DNA from: a virus
Taxonomy: Duplodnaviria; Caudoviricetes
Virus record (IMG/VR): IMGVR_UViG_3300028146_000012
Span: 1 to 57,801 of that record
Reading direction: 5' to 3' (one strand)
Length of the DNA stretch: 57,801 bases
Shown here: positions 28,687-36,493 of the stretch, in pieces
Layout: each line of letters begins with the position of its first letter
How positions within the stretch are numbered: the first letter of the stretch is position 1
The notes under the pieces: generated by a model
Told to the model about the DNA's origin: nothing
Database searches by the model: none
What the model saw: only the letters and a program-made list of their open reading frames with translations
Translations under genes and position numbers: made by a program

Positions 28687-28938
28687 ATGGGCTGGTGGAA
28701 AATAGATAACGTACAAAACGGCGGAATTGATTGGAATTTTAACAGCGGAAGCAATACTATAAATGCTGTGCCTGGGAAGCATTCTCCTGATCATTGGTAT
28801 AATGGAGACGGACCGGCAGATGAGATGGAGTCCTGCATAGAGCGCATAACGAAGCTGTATAAGAAAGCATGGAAGCGCAAGCCGACTAAAGAAGAACTAC
28901 AAGCAGTTTTTAATTTCGTTGTTAATTCTGAGGAGTAG
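28687..28938 (+). CDS. Hypothetical protein
   Basis: AAGGAG SD. Confidence 0.65.
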   Translation: MGWWKIDNVQNGGIDWNFNSGSNTINAVPGKHSPDHWYNGDGPADEMESCIERITKLYKKAWKRKPTKEELQAVFNFVVNSEE

Positions 28939-28940
28939 CT

Positions 28941-29204
28941 ATGAAAAAGGCGAAAAAACTCAACTTCCACGGTGCGACCCAATGGGCATCTCTCGGTAAA
29001 TACTACGGATTTCCGGACTGTTGCATAGATGAATTCGTGAGCTTCGCGGTTACAGGATATCCTAATCGCAGTAAAAAACGTAAGTTCCATGGTACAGGCT
29101 ATGTGCCTTGTAAGCACTGCGATAAACATCTATCAGAGCAAGCATTAGCCGATATAATTAATCTTAGACGCACATGCACAGACGATTTCCCAAATAGAGA
29201 TTAG
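28941..29204 (+). CDS. Cys-containing hypothetical protein
   Basis: GAGGAG SD; GKYYGFPDCCIDEF...GYVPCKHC. Confidence 0.65.
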   Translation: MKKAKKLNFHGATQWASLGKYYGFPDCCIDEFVSFAVTGYPNRSKKRKFHGTGYVPCKHCDKHLSEQALADIINLRRTCTDDFPNRD

Positions 29205-29206
29205 CC

Positions 29207-29602
29207 TTGACTCTACCCGAACAAGTCCATAAACTCAAGATAGGAGGATACATGCAATCACCAGATGCTTATTTAGTGGCGGAAATAAACGAATTAAAAA
29301 ACAAACTGCTGATAGCAGTCGAAGCTCTCGAATTTTATCGAGACAAACACAATTTCAGTCTTTATGACGCCGTGGACATGACTGACAATTGGATCGGTGA
29401 GTTGACTCCATGCAAGATTAGTCCAATAGGCGCAGTTGCCAAAAAAGCTTTAGATAAAATCAAATCTAATAAGACGGAAGCGCTAACTTTAGCCATAATC
29501 AATGACGCCAATAGCTGTGCAACCTGTGGACGAAAGTTTACCCCGGAAAATATAAATTGTGGCGGAGACTGCCTGGAGTGTATGCTGGAGTTTGAAACAT
29601 GA
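29207..29602 (+). CDS. Hypothetical protein with a C-terminal Cys cluster
   Basis: EALEFY motif; CATC...CGGDCLEC. Confidence 0.55.
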   Translation: MTLPEQVHKLKIGGYMQSPDAYLVAEINELKNKLLIAVEALEFYRDKHNFSLYDAVDMTDNWIGELTPCKISPIGAVAKKALDKIKSNKTEALTLAIINDANSCATCGRKFTPENINCGGDCLECMLEFET

Positions 29603-29877
29603 ATAACGATAACTACAGATTTGCAGTCATATGGAAATCTAAAGGCGGCGTCAGCATAAAAGAATTTGTGGATAAAGCCAACGCAGCCGACAGCGCAGCC
29701 CACGCAATCAACAGCGCAGCCTACGCAGCCCACAGCGCAGCCTACGCAGCCCGCAGTGCAGCCCACGCAGCTCGTCGCGCGACCTACGACGATAAAATAA
29801 AGCAATACTATGATGTTTTATGCGAGATGCTAAAGAACTTGTCTCGACTTGAGAAAATTATTTTTAATATTCTCTAA
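29599..29877 (+). CDS. Ala-repeat protein with SRLEKIIFNI tag
   Basis: GGAG SD; repeats and C-terminus homologous to the genes at 34671 and 35618. Confidence 0.7.
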   Translation: MNNDNYRFAVIWKSKGGVSIKEFVDKANAADSAAHAINSAAYAAHSAAYAARSAAHAARRATYDDKIKQYYDVLCEMLKNLSRLEKIIFNIL

Positions 29878-29901
29878 AGTTTGACTGAGATTTGCCGATA
29901 A
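29875..29901 (+). promoter_or_regulatory. FliA/sigma28 promoter (exact consensus) interleaved with a sigma70-like promoter
   Basis: TAAAGTTT-N11-GCCGATAA; overlapping TTGACT-17-TATTAT at 29881-29909. Confidence 0.7.
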
Positions 29902-29918
29902 GCTATTATAGAGGGAAT

Positions 29919-30140
29919 ATGAAAACTAAGAGTTTTTGGATATTCACAATAGGCATTAACGGTAATGATTATGACGGCGAAAACGGTTATATTTATTTTG
30001 ACATATACAGAATAGGGCATATAGGACTTTGGCTTGTTTCTAAAGAACGCCTGATATATTATGGGGTGCCTAGACTCACAATAGACTTTTATTTCCACAG
30101 ATTTTTGATTAACTGGTATAACAAAAGGAGAGCAAAATGA
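29919..30140 (+). CDS. Aromatic-rich hypothetical protein
   Basis: GAGGG SD; coupled to the ATPase gene. Confidence 0.5.
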   Translation: MKTKSFWIFTIGINGNDYDGENGYIYFDIYRIGHIGLWLVSKERLIYYGVPRLTIDFYFHRFLINWYNKRRAK

Positions 30141-31252
30141 ATATCAAGGACTTTAAAGAGAGTTTGGATTATATGTTCAAAGCAGAACTCACGCCCTTCG
30201 TATGGGGTCATGCCGGAATTGGCAAGACCGAGAGCATTAGGCAGGTCGCTAAAGACTTTGGCTATCACTTCTTTGCGCTCTATCTCGGTACAATGTCAGA
30301 TCTTGGTGATATCCTAGGTCTGCAGGAATTCGTTAAGAATAGCGACGGAACGAAGTCTACGGCGTTTGCTATCCCGCAGTGGCTTAAGCAAGCCATCCAG
30401 TATTGTGAAGATCATCCTGAGTCAGGCGCAATCATATTCCTCGATGAATTTAATCGCGCCCGCCGAGATATTATGAATGGAATGTTCTCGCTGGCATTAG
30501 ATAAGACATTTCACACACTTAAGCTTCCAAAGAACTGCCATATAGTTGCAGCAGGTAATCCGCCTACAGATGAGTACTTCACTACAGACGTAGATGAGAC
30601 TGCACTTATGGCTCGTTTCGTACATATCAAGCTTGAGCCATCAATACAGGAATGGGTAGAATATGCCAAAAGCAGCGAAATCGATGCAAATCTAATCGGC
30701 TTTATTCAAGATCAGCCGAGTCTTCTTGAAGAAAAACGAACTGAATTCCCGCTGCCGATTAAAGTCGACCGCAGGGCGTATTCTAGATTAAACAAGCTCT
30801 TTAAACTCAATACCCCCCAGCATCTCATGGAATCGTTGATGCCCGGCATTATTGGTTTGGAGCGCACGGTAGCGTATAAGCAATACTTAAAAGAAATCGA
30901 TAAACCACTGACAGGCGAGCAAGTCCTGAAGCACGAGCGACCCGATCTCATCGAAAAATGGAGTAATCCCGATAACGTAGCAGCTAGTTTCTTGAACATT
31001 ACATGCGATAACCTTGTAGAATTGCTCACTAAACGCAACACCACTAAGTATTTATTGACATCAGCAGAAAAGAGTAACTTCATGTGGTTCCTTAATACTG
31101 TGCCAAAAGATATTAGCTACCGCGTATTCCATGCATTGGTGACCACACAGAATGCATTATTCAAGAACTTCCATACAGATGAGCTATATGCAAAGCAAAT
31201 AGCAGAACTTGCGCTGTCTGCGAAAGGTACTTTAGATAAAGAGGCTAAATAA
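30137..31252 (+). CDS. MoxR-like AAA+ ATPase
   Basis: WGHAGIGKT, IIFLDEFNRA, AAGNP, DETALMARF. Confidence 0.9.
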   Translation: MNIKDFKESLDYMFKAELTPFVWGHAGIGKTESIRQVAKDFGYHFFALYLGTMSDLGDILGLQEFVKNSDGTKSTAFAIPQWLKQAIQYCEDHPESGAIIFLDEFNRARRDIMNGMFSLALDKTFHTLKLPKNCHIVAAGNPPTDEYFTTDVDETALMARFVHIKLEPSIQEWVEYAKSSEIDANLIGFIQDQPSLLEEKRTEFPLPIKVDRRAYSRLNKLFKLNTPQHLMESLMPGIIGLERTVAYKQYLKEIDKPLTGEQVLKHERPDLIEKWSNPDNVAASFLNITCDNLVELLTKRNTTKYLLTSAEKSNFMWFLNTVPKDISYRVFHALVTTQNALFKNFHTDELYAKQIAELALSAKGTLDKEAK

Positions 31253-31479
31253 ATGAAAGTCGGAAGTATATTGTATAACACAAGAACTAATAAATACTAC
31301 ATCGTTTCGCATATATATATAAGCGAAAACCCCAACACTACTTTAAAGTTATAGAATTAAGTAGTAACGAACCTAGCGATCCATGGAAGGAGCGAGAGGT
31401 GGGCGCGTGTGTGGGCAACGTGTGGGAAAAAACAGGAGAAGCTACTCTTCTAGAAAGGATAATATATGGAATTGATTGA
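31253..31479 (+). pseudogene. Frameshifted tag-family gene; shift lies in an (AT)5 tract at 31311-31320
   Basis: MKVGSILY... stops after 33 aa; deleting one AT gives a 74-aa ORF ending ATLLERIIYGID. Confidence 0.7.
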
Positions 31480-31597
31480 TATTATATACACTATAAGACA
31501 TTGGTTTGCACCTTATTATCTCGCAAGCAAGAATACTGAGGGCTGGTCAAAAGAATATAAGAGATTCGTTGCAGAAAAGAGGCGGAAATGGAACTAA
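31466..31597 (+). CDS. Small hypothetical protein (43 aa)
   Basis: AAGGA SD; MELIDIIYTIRHWFAPYYLASKNTEGWSKEYKRFVAEKRRKWN. Confidence 0.4.
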   Translation: MELIDIIYTIRHWFAPYYLASKNTEGWSKEYKRFVAEKRRKWN

Positions 31598-32748
31598 AAA
31601 ACAAGGATGCGATAAGCCAAGCGATTATTAATTTATTCAATTCTGAGCGGTTCTATGCGGAACTCATATGTCAAATGCGTAGGGTTGTGTCGAGCCACAT
31701 ACCTAGGGCCGGCGTTTGTATTCGCGATCAAATCGAACTCCATATCAATCCAGAGTTCTTTGAAAATCTGCCAATAAAAAAGAGAGTCGCTGTGCTGAAG
31801 CATGAATGCGAGCATATCTTGCGGGACCACATAGGCCGCGCAAAAGAGCTTGCTCCTGAGATCTATGACGGCAAAAATAAGGCTTTAGAAGACAATATAT
31901 TGAGCAGCATGAAGCATAAAACATTGAATGTTTCAATGGATCTCGCGATCAATGGGATTATGCAAGATCTTCCAGAAGACGGAGTTTTCCCTAAGCAATT
32001 CGATCTTGAGAGCGGCCAGACAATGGAATGGTATCTCGCTAAGCTTAAAGACGATCCTAAAGCCAAAGAACTCATGGAATTCGATGGACATGAATTATGG
32101 AGTGAGTCGGAAGGCGACAAAGAGATTATTAAAGAGAAGATTAGACAAGCCGCTAATAAAGCTGCCAGGATTGCGCGAAGCGCAGGTAAGATGACCGCAG
32201 ACCAAGAACTCCTAGTATCTGAATTAAACAAAGCAACGGTGAATTGGCGCCAGCAATTGAAACGATTCGCGGCACGCACCATAGAGACCGCAATAGATAC
32301 AAGTAAAAAGAAAAGGAATCGTCGGTATGGTATTATGTTTCCTGGCACAGTAAAGACTGAAACCCTCCACATAGGCGTTGCTATAGATACCTCGGGCAGC
32401 GTATCGGACGAATCATTGAAGCAGTTCATGAGTGAAATTGGTAACATAGCAAAGTATGCCAAGGTTACAGTAATCGAAGCAGATACCGAGATTAAGAATA
32501 GCTATATATATGATCCTAAAAAGAAATACAAGGTTGCAGGTCGCGGCGGCACTGCTTATAAGCCTGCATTTGACTTCTTTAATGATAAAAAGAATACAGT
32601 AGATTCTGTTATTTACTTCGGCGACGGAGATTGTTACGATACAGAGAGATTAGTTAAGCCTAAATATCCTGTATTATGGGCTTTAGTAGGAAATCAGCCG
32701 CCTCCAACGACGTTTGGTAATGTCATTAGAATAGAGGTAAAAGAATAA
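31588..32748 (+). CDS. Metallopeptidase-VWA protein (DUF2201-like), partner of the AAA+ ATPase
   Basis: HECEH (HExxH), DLAIN, IDTSGS (MIDAS), GRGGT, YFGDG. Confidence 0.88.
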   Translation: MELKNKDAISQAIINLFNSERFYAELICQMRRVVSSHIPRAGVCIRDQIELHINPEFFENLPIKKRVAVLKHECEHILRDHIGRAKELAPEIYDGKNKALEDNILSSMKHKTLNVSMDLAINGIMQDLPEDGVFPKQFDLESGQTMEWYLAKLKDDPKAKELMEFDGHELWSESEGDKEIIKEKIRQAANKAARIARSAGKMTADQELLVSELNKATVNWRQQLKRFAARTIETAIDTSKKKRNRRYGIMFPGTVKTETLHIGVAIDTSGSVSDESLKQFMSEIGNIAKYAKVTVIEADTEIKNSYIYDPKKKYKVAGRGGTAYKPAFDFFNDKKNTVDSVIYFGDGDCYDTERLVKPKYPVLWALVGNQPPPTTFGNVIRIEVKE

Positions 32749-33311
32749 TGATTGTAGGACAAAGATTTGGTAATTTAGTAGTCATAGAAAAGTTAACTTC
32801 ATTAGAAACTTATAGATCTTGGGTTATGTGCCTGTGTGATTGTGGCAACAAGCATAAAGTTATAATCAGTAATTTGAAAGGAGGCAGCGTAAAATCTTGC
32901 GGCTGTTTTCGCAAAGAAAAAACAGATAAAATGGCTAAAGGCAACAAATGGAAACAAATTCCTAAAGGCGAATCAGGTTTTAAAGCTATTTATAGAACTT
33001 ATATCAGAAATGCTAAAAATAGAAACCTTGACTTTGAGCTAGCTCCTGATGAATTTAAGGTTTTGATAACTAAAAACTGTCATTATTGCAATAGACCTCC
33101 ATCCAACACTTCTCGTAAAGATCACAATGAATGGTCTGTTTTCATGTACAACGGATTAGACAGAGTAGACCAAACTAAAGGATATACTAAAGATAATGTT
33201 CTGCCTTGCTGCAAAAGAGATAACTATATACGCAATACATTTCTAACAGTGGAAGAAACAGAAGTTGCAGTAAAAGCGATAGAAGAATTTAGAGCTAAAA
33301 AATGCGACTAG
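32748..33311 (+). CDS. HNH-type homing endonuclease
   Basis: GQRFGNLVV...CLCDCG...SCGC; CHYC...NGLDRVDQTKGYTKDNVLPCC..DN. Confidence 0.85.
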   Translation: MIVGQRFGNLVVIEKLTSLETYRSWVMCLCDCGNKHKVIISNLKGGSVKSCGCFRKEKTDKMAKGNKWKQIPKGESGFKAIYRTYIRNAKNRNLDFELAPDEFKVLITKNCHYCNRPPSNTSRKDHNEWSVFMYNGLDRVDQTKGYTKDNVLPCCKRDNYIRNTFLTVEETEVAVKAIEEFRAKKCD

Positions 33312-33922
33312 TAATCCTTATCTTACTGATATCGAGTATCTCCTCTGCGCAACTCCGAGTCGCAGTTATAGACTCAGGAACAGACATGGAATTAGTTGAT
33401 GCGCCATTCTGCGAGATTCCTTTACCAGACGCCAGTAACATAAAGCACGGGACTTCAATAGTAGATTTAATTGCAAAAAATGCAGGAGATGCTGATTATT
33501 GTATTTATTCATTTCGTATTGCTGAGCCTAGATTTAATCTCAAGAAATATTTAAATACATTGAAATATTTAACTAAAATACATGTCGATGTTTTAAATCT
33601 AAGTATAGAAGGAACGATATACAGTAAAACCGAGGCAATCCTCATAAAACAACTATTAAATCAAGGAGTTACGATTATTGCTGCTGCAGGAAATGATGGA
33701 ATTAAACTCACTAAACATAACTGCAAAATCTATCCTGCATGTATTGACCCTAGAATAGTCGTAGTAGGAAGCTATAATAAATTCAGTAATACAGGAGACA
33801 GGATTGACATTAAAACTAATAGAGATCATGGATGCGTAGGCGGGATTTGTCTTACGGGCACAAGTCAAGCCACTGCGGTAGAAACAGGTAGATTCATAGA
33901 GTTCTTGGATAAACATGAATAA
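33302..33922 (+). CDS. Compact secreted subtilisin-like (S8) protease
   Basis: Signal peptide; VAVIDSG, KHGT, AAAGND, GTSQAT. Confidence 0.88.
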   Translation: MRLVILILLISSISSAQLRVAVIDSGTDMELVDAPFCEIPLPDASNIKHGTSIVDLIAKNAGDADYCIYSFRIAEPRFNLKKYLNTLKYLTKIHVDVLNLSIEGTIYSKTEAILIKQLLNQGVTIIAAAGNDGIKLTKHNCKIYPACIDPRIVVVGSYNKFSNTGDRIDIKTNRDHGCVGGICLTGTSQATAVETGRFIEFLDKHE

Positions 33923-34157
33923 ATTCAAAGTTGGCGATATTTTAAAAGTAGTTGTGGAGGGCACATACGACGCACTCGCATATAATCAAATTCATGTAGT
34001 ACTTAAAACGCAAGGTATGAATTGCTTTACTCAAATACAACATAAAAGTTTACACAGCAATGATTTAGGCTGGGTAGAGGGATGGTTTGAGAAAATTGGA
34101 GAAGTTGACACGGAATTAGAAAGAATCATTTATGGTATTAAGGAAAATGAAAAGTAA
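33915..34157 (+). CDS. Small protein (FKVGD start) with TELERIIYGI tag
   Basis: ORF track; shared tag. Confidence 0.72.
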   Translation: MNKFKVGDILKVVVEGTYDALAYNQIHVVLKTQGMNCFTQIQHKSLHSNDLGWVEGWFEKIGEVDTELERIIYGIKENEK

Positions 34158-34383
34158 TTACTATTTTTCTGTCGATTAAAGTCTGACCTATATAAACTCC
34201 GCTACCGATATAGTACTTCACAGTGTCTGGAACAGGCTTTTGAATGTCTTTCAAGATCTTATCGATGCCTTCATTAGCTCCCGTGTATTTAAGGTAAGCG
34301 TCCATTGATTTCTGTGTCGATGCGCCTTTACTCGCAGCTCCTGCACAGACTAATAGCATAAATAATGCGACATTAGTCTCCAA
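34138..34383 (-). CDS. Small exported or membrane hypothetical protein
   Basis: Hydrophobic N-terminus; coupled to the upstream minus-strand ORF. Confidence 0.5.
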   Translation of the reverse strand: METNVALFMLLVCAGAASKGASTQKSMDAYLKYTGANEGIDKILKDIQKPVPDTVKYYIGSGVYIGQTLIDRKIVITFHFP

Positions 34384-34585
34384 TAATCACCATATTCGGA
34401 TAATCCAGACTATTAACAGGTCTATCGGAATCATCAAAAACAATGAGAATATCCGGCATTCCGCGACCAAAATATTCAATCTTGATGATCTCGCCAGTTC
34501 TATGGCTATCCCTATCGTAAACATGAATACCAGGATAGAGGTGATTAGGATCGACAGAATTAAGTCTCTTATTGTTCTCATACAT
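34373..34585 (-). CDS. Hypothetical protein (SH3-like beta pattern)
   Basis: Has its own promoter 6 nt upstream. Confidence 0.55.
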   Translation of the reverse strand: MYENNKRLNSVDPNHLYPGIHVYDRDSHRTGEIIKIEYFGRGMPDILIVFDDSDRPVNSLDYPNMVIIGD

Positions 34586-34591
34586 CTCATT

Positions 34592-34620
34592 ATAATACCA
34601 TATTTGAAAATAAATGTAAA
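34592..34620 (-). promoter_or_regulatory. sigma70-type promoter with extended -10, probably leaderless
   Basis: TTTACA-17-TATTAT with TGn; ATG 6 nt downstream. Confidence 0.65.
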
Positions 34621-34626
34621 TAATGC

Positions 34627-34653
34627 TAAAGTATTTCTAAGAATGCCCGATAT
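34627..34653 (+). promoter_or_regulatory. FliA/sigma28-like promoter
   Basis: TAAAGTAT-N11-CCCGATAT, intergenic, followed by GGAGG SD and ATG 34671. Confidence 0.55.
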
Positions 34654-34670
34654 AAATGCAGGAGGCATTA

Positions 34671-35261
34671 ATGGCTAAAAAAATAGACTATTACAAAAAA
34701 ATAGAAGAATTGATATATAAAACGCCAAAGCCTATATATGTTGCTTTTGCAATTCATTGTGCAAGAGATGTCCTAGTCACCATCAAAGACGAGAAACTCT
34801 ATAGCGACTGCTATAACGCCCTTGCTGTCGTAGAAGCCTTCAACCAAGGCCTAACCACACAAGTCGAAGTCGAAGCAGCCTACGCAGCCATCAACGCAGC
34901 CTACAGCGCAGCCTCCAGCGCAGCCTCCAGCGCAGCCAACAGCGCAGCCTACAGCGCAGCCATCAACGCAGCCTACGCAGCCATCAACGCAGCCTACAGC
35001 GCAGCCTCCAGCGCAGCCAACAGCGCAGCCTACAGCGCAGCCTCCAGCACAGCCAACGCAGCCTACAGCGCAGCCTACAGCGCAGCCTCCAGCGCAGCCA
35101 ACAGCGCAGCCCACGCAGCCAACAGCGCAGCCTATGCAGCTTGCGTAGCCTCCAACGCAGCCAACGATGATAAGATAAAGCAATACTATGGTGTTTTATG
35201 CGGAATGCTAAGGAATTTAACGAAACTCGAACGAATTATATTTAATGTGGAGGAATTATGA
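34671..35261 (+). CDS. Ala-repeat protein (Imm5-like N-terminus), long paralogue, with TKLERIIFNV tag
   Basis: FAIHCARDVL; many AAYS/AANS/AASS units. Confidence 0.75.
   Translation: MAKKIDYYKKIEELIYKTPKPIYVAFAIHCARDVLVTIKDEKLYSDCYNALAVVEAFNQGLTTQVEVEAAYAAINAAYSAASSAASSAANSAAYSAAINAAYAAINAAYSAASSAANSAAYSAASSTANAAYSAAYSAASSAANSAAHAANSAAYAACVASNAANDDKIKQYYGVLCGMLRNLTKLERIIFNVEEL
34874..35166 (+). repeat. Degenerate 9/12-nt tandem repeat (NNC-[AGC]-GCAGCC)n; also at ~29677-29771 and ~35821-35989
   Basis: Directly visible, e.g. tacagcgcagcc tccagcgcagcc aacagcgcagcc. Confidence 0.9.
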
Positions 35262-35455
35262 AAGCAAAAGCAATAAAATTATATCCAGATGAGAATGGAG
35301 TGTACAGAATGCAACACTTCTATCGCGATAACGTACAAGCAATGTTCGACCATATGCATAACATGATTAATACGTATGGCAAAGAGCAAGTCGCATATAT
35401 TATCCGCGATTTAATTGCGGCGGGGGTATTCAATGACGACAATCAAGAAAATTGA
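35258..35455 (+). CDS. Hypothetical protein
   Basis: GGAGG SD, ATGA coupling. Confidence 0.6.
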   Translation: MKAKAIKLYPDENGVYRMQHFYRDNVQAMFDHMHNMINTYGKEQVAYIIRDLIAAGVFNDDNQEN

Positions 35456-35618
35456 AACTTCTAGGTATGTGATATTACTGGAAGAAACCGAAGATAATAG
35501 ATATGTAGTTCGCTATAAGCGGTCAACTATGGAGAACTACTCATATCTTAGCTTCCAAGACTTTAAGTTTGCAAGCCAAGTCTTCGATAACTCATTGATT
35601 GACTTAGAGGGGCATTAA
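35433..35618 (+). CDS. Hypothetical protein
   Basis: MTTIKKIETSRY...; coupled to the next gene. Confidence 0.55.
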   Translation: MTTIKKIETSRYVILLEETEDNRYVVRYKRSTMENYSYLSFQDFKFASQVFDNSLIDLEGH

Positions 35619-36085
35619 TGGCTAAAACTATAAACTATTACAAAAAAATAGAAGAGTTGATATCTAAAACTCCAAGGCCTATATACATTGCTTTTGCAAT
35701 CCATTGTGCAAGAGATGTCCTAACCAACATCAAAGATGAGAAGATCTATAGCGAATGCTATAATGCATTAGCTATTACAGAAGCCTTCAACCAAGGCCTA
35801 GCCACACAAGCCGAAGTCGAAGCCGCTTACAGCGCAGCCTACAGCGCAGCCAACGCAGCCCACGCAGCCAACGCAGCCTACAGCGCAGCCTACAGCGCAG
35901 CCAACGCAGCCCGCAGCGCAGCCTACAGCGCATACTACGCAGCCCACAGCGCAGCCCACGCAGCCAACGCAGCCTACAGTACAGCTTACGATGATAAGAT
36001 AAAGCAATACTATGGTGTTTTATGCGGAATGCTAAGGAATTTAACGAAACTCGAACGAATCATCTTTAATGTGGAGGGATTATGA
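35618..36085 (+). CDS. Ala-repeat protein, short paralogue, with TKLERIIFNV tag
   Basis: Highly similar to 34671-35261 with fewer repeats. Confidence 0.75.
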   Translation: MAKTINYYKKIEELISKTPRPIYIAFAIHCARDVLTNIKDEKIYSECYNALAITEAFNQGLATQAEVEAAYSAAYSAANAAHAANAAYSAAYSAANAARSAAYSAYYAAHSAAHAANAAYSTAYDDKIKQYYGVLCGMLRNLTKLERIIFNVEGL

Positions 36086-36165
36086 AGATTACCTACGATC
36101 AAAAAGTCTACTTTATTGCAATAATTGCATGTTTTATTGCTGTAGGGTTGATGTGGCTGAAGTAA
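36082..36165 (+). CDS. 27-aa single-TM peptide
   Basis: GGAGG SD, ATGA coupling; MKITYDQKVYFIAIIACFIAVGLMWLK. Confidence 0.5.
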   Translation: MKITYDQKVYFIAIIACFIAVGLMWLK

Positions 36166-36368
36166 AAGTAGGCCAATTATATAGATTTGGTCCTAGATAC
36201 TATGTAATAGTAGAAACAAAGCCTCATATAAGATTTCGCTATTTAGATGAAGATTTTGTTCGCCCTTTAGATGGAGGAAGCGCCTACATTGAATTAATAC
36301 TTAGAGATACCCTTATTTCAGATAATCCTACCTTATTAGAAAAAATCATATACAGCATACCTATCTAG
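36153..36368 (+). CDS. Small protein (KVGQLY start) with TLLEKIIYSI tag
   Basis: GTG start chosen by similarity to 1869-2129; shared tag. Confidence 0.65.
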   Translation: MAEVKVGQLYRFGPRYYVIVETKPHIRFRYLDEDFVRPLDGGSAYIELILRDTLISDNPTLLEKIIYSIPI

Positions 36369-36372
36369 CATA

Positions 36373-36387
36373 TTATCGCATAGATAG
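36373..36387 (+). promoter_or_regulatory. Putative late promoter motif, copy 2
   Basis: TTATCGCATAGATAG, located where structural genes resume after the island. Confidence 0.6.
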
Positions 36388-36493
36388 GACTTGAGATTAC
36401 CTCTAGCCCTTCCCTAGATGCCAGCCACAGCTATAGGTGAGATCGCGGCTATTAGCCTCTACGATCATAGCGTGGCTAAAAAGAGGTATTTTC

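Noticed and set aside
34874-35166. CRISPR-like array
   Set aside because: Units are 9-12 nt in tandem, in frame within a CDS, with no unique spacers and no cas genes.
34851-36007. Minus-strand (VGCA)n ORFs at 34851-35183, 35798-36007 and 29362-29805
   Set aside because: Antisense shadows of the Ala repeats; the plus-strand ORFs have SDs, coupling and the conserved tag.
29599-36085. Diversity-generating retroelement suggested by NNC codon variation in the Ala repeats
   Set aside because: No reverse transcriptase in the window, no non-coding template repeat, and the A of GCA is largely invariant; slippage and recombination explain the pattern.
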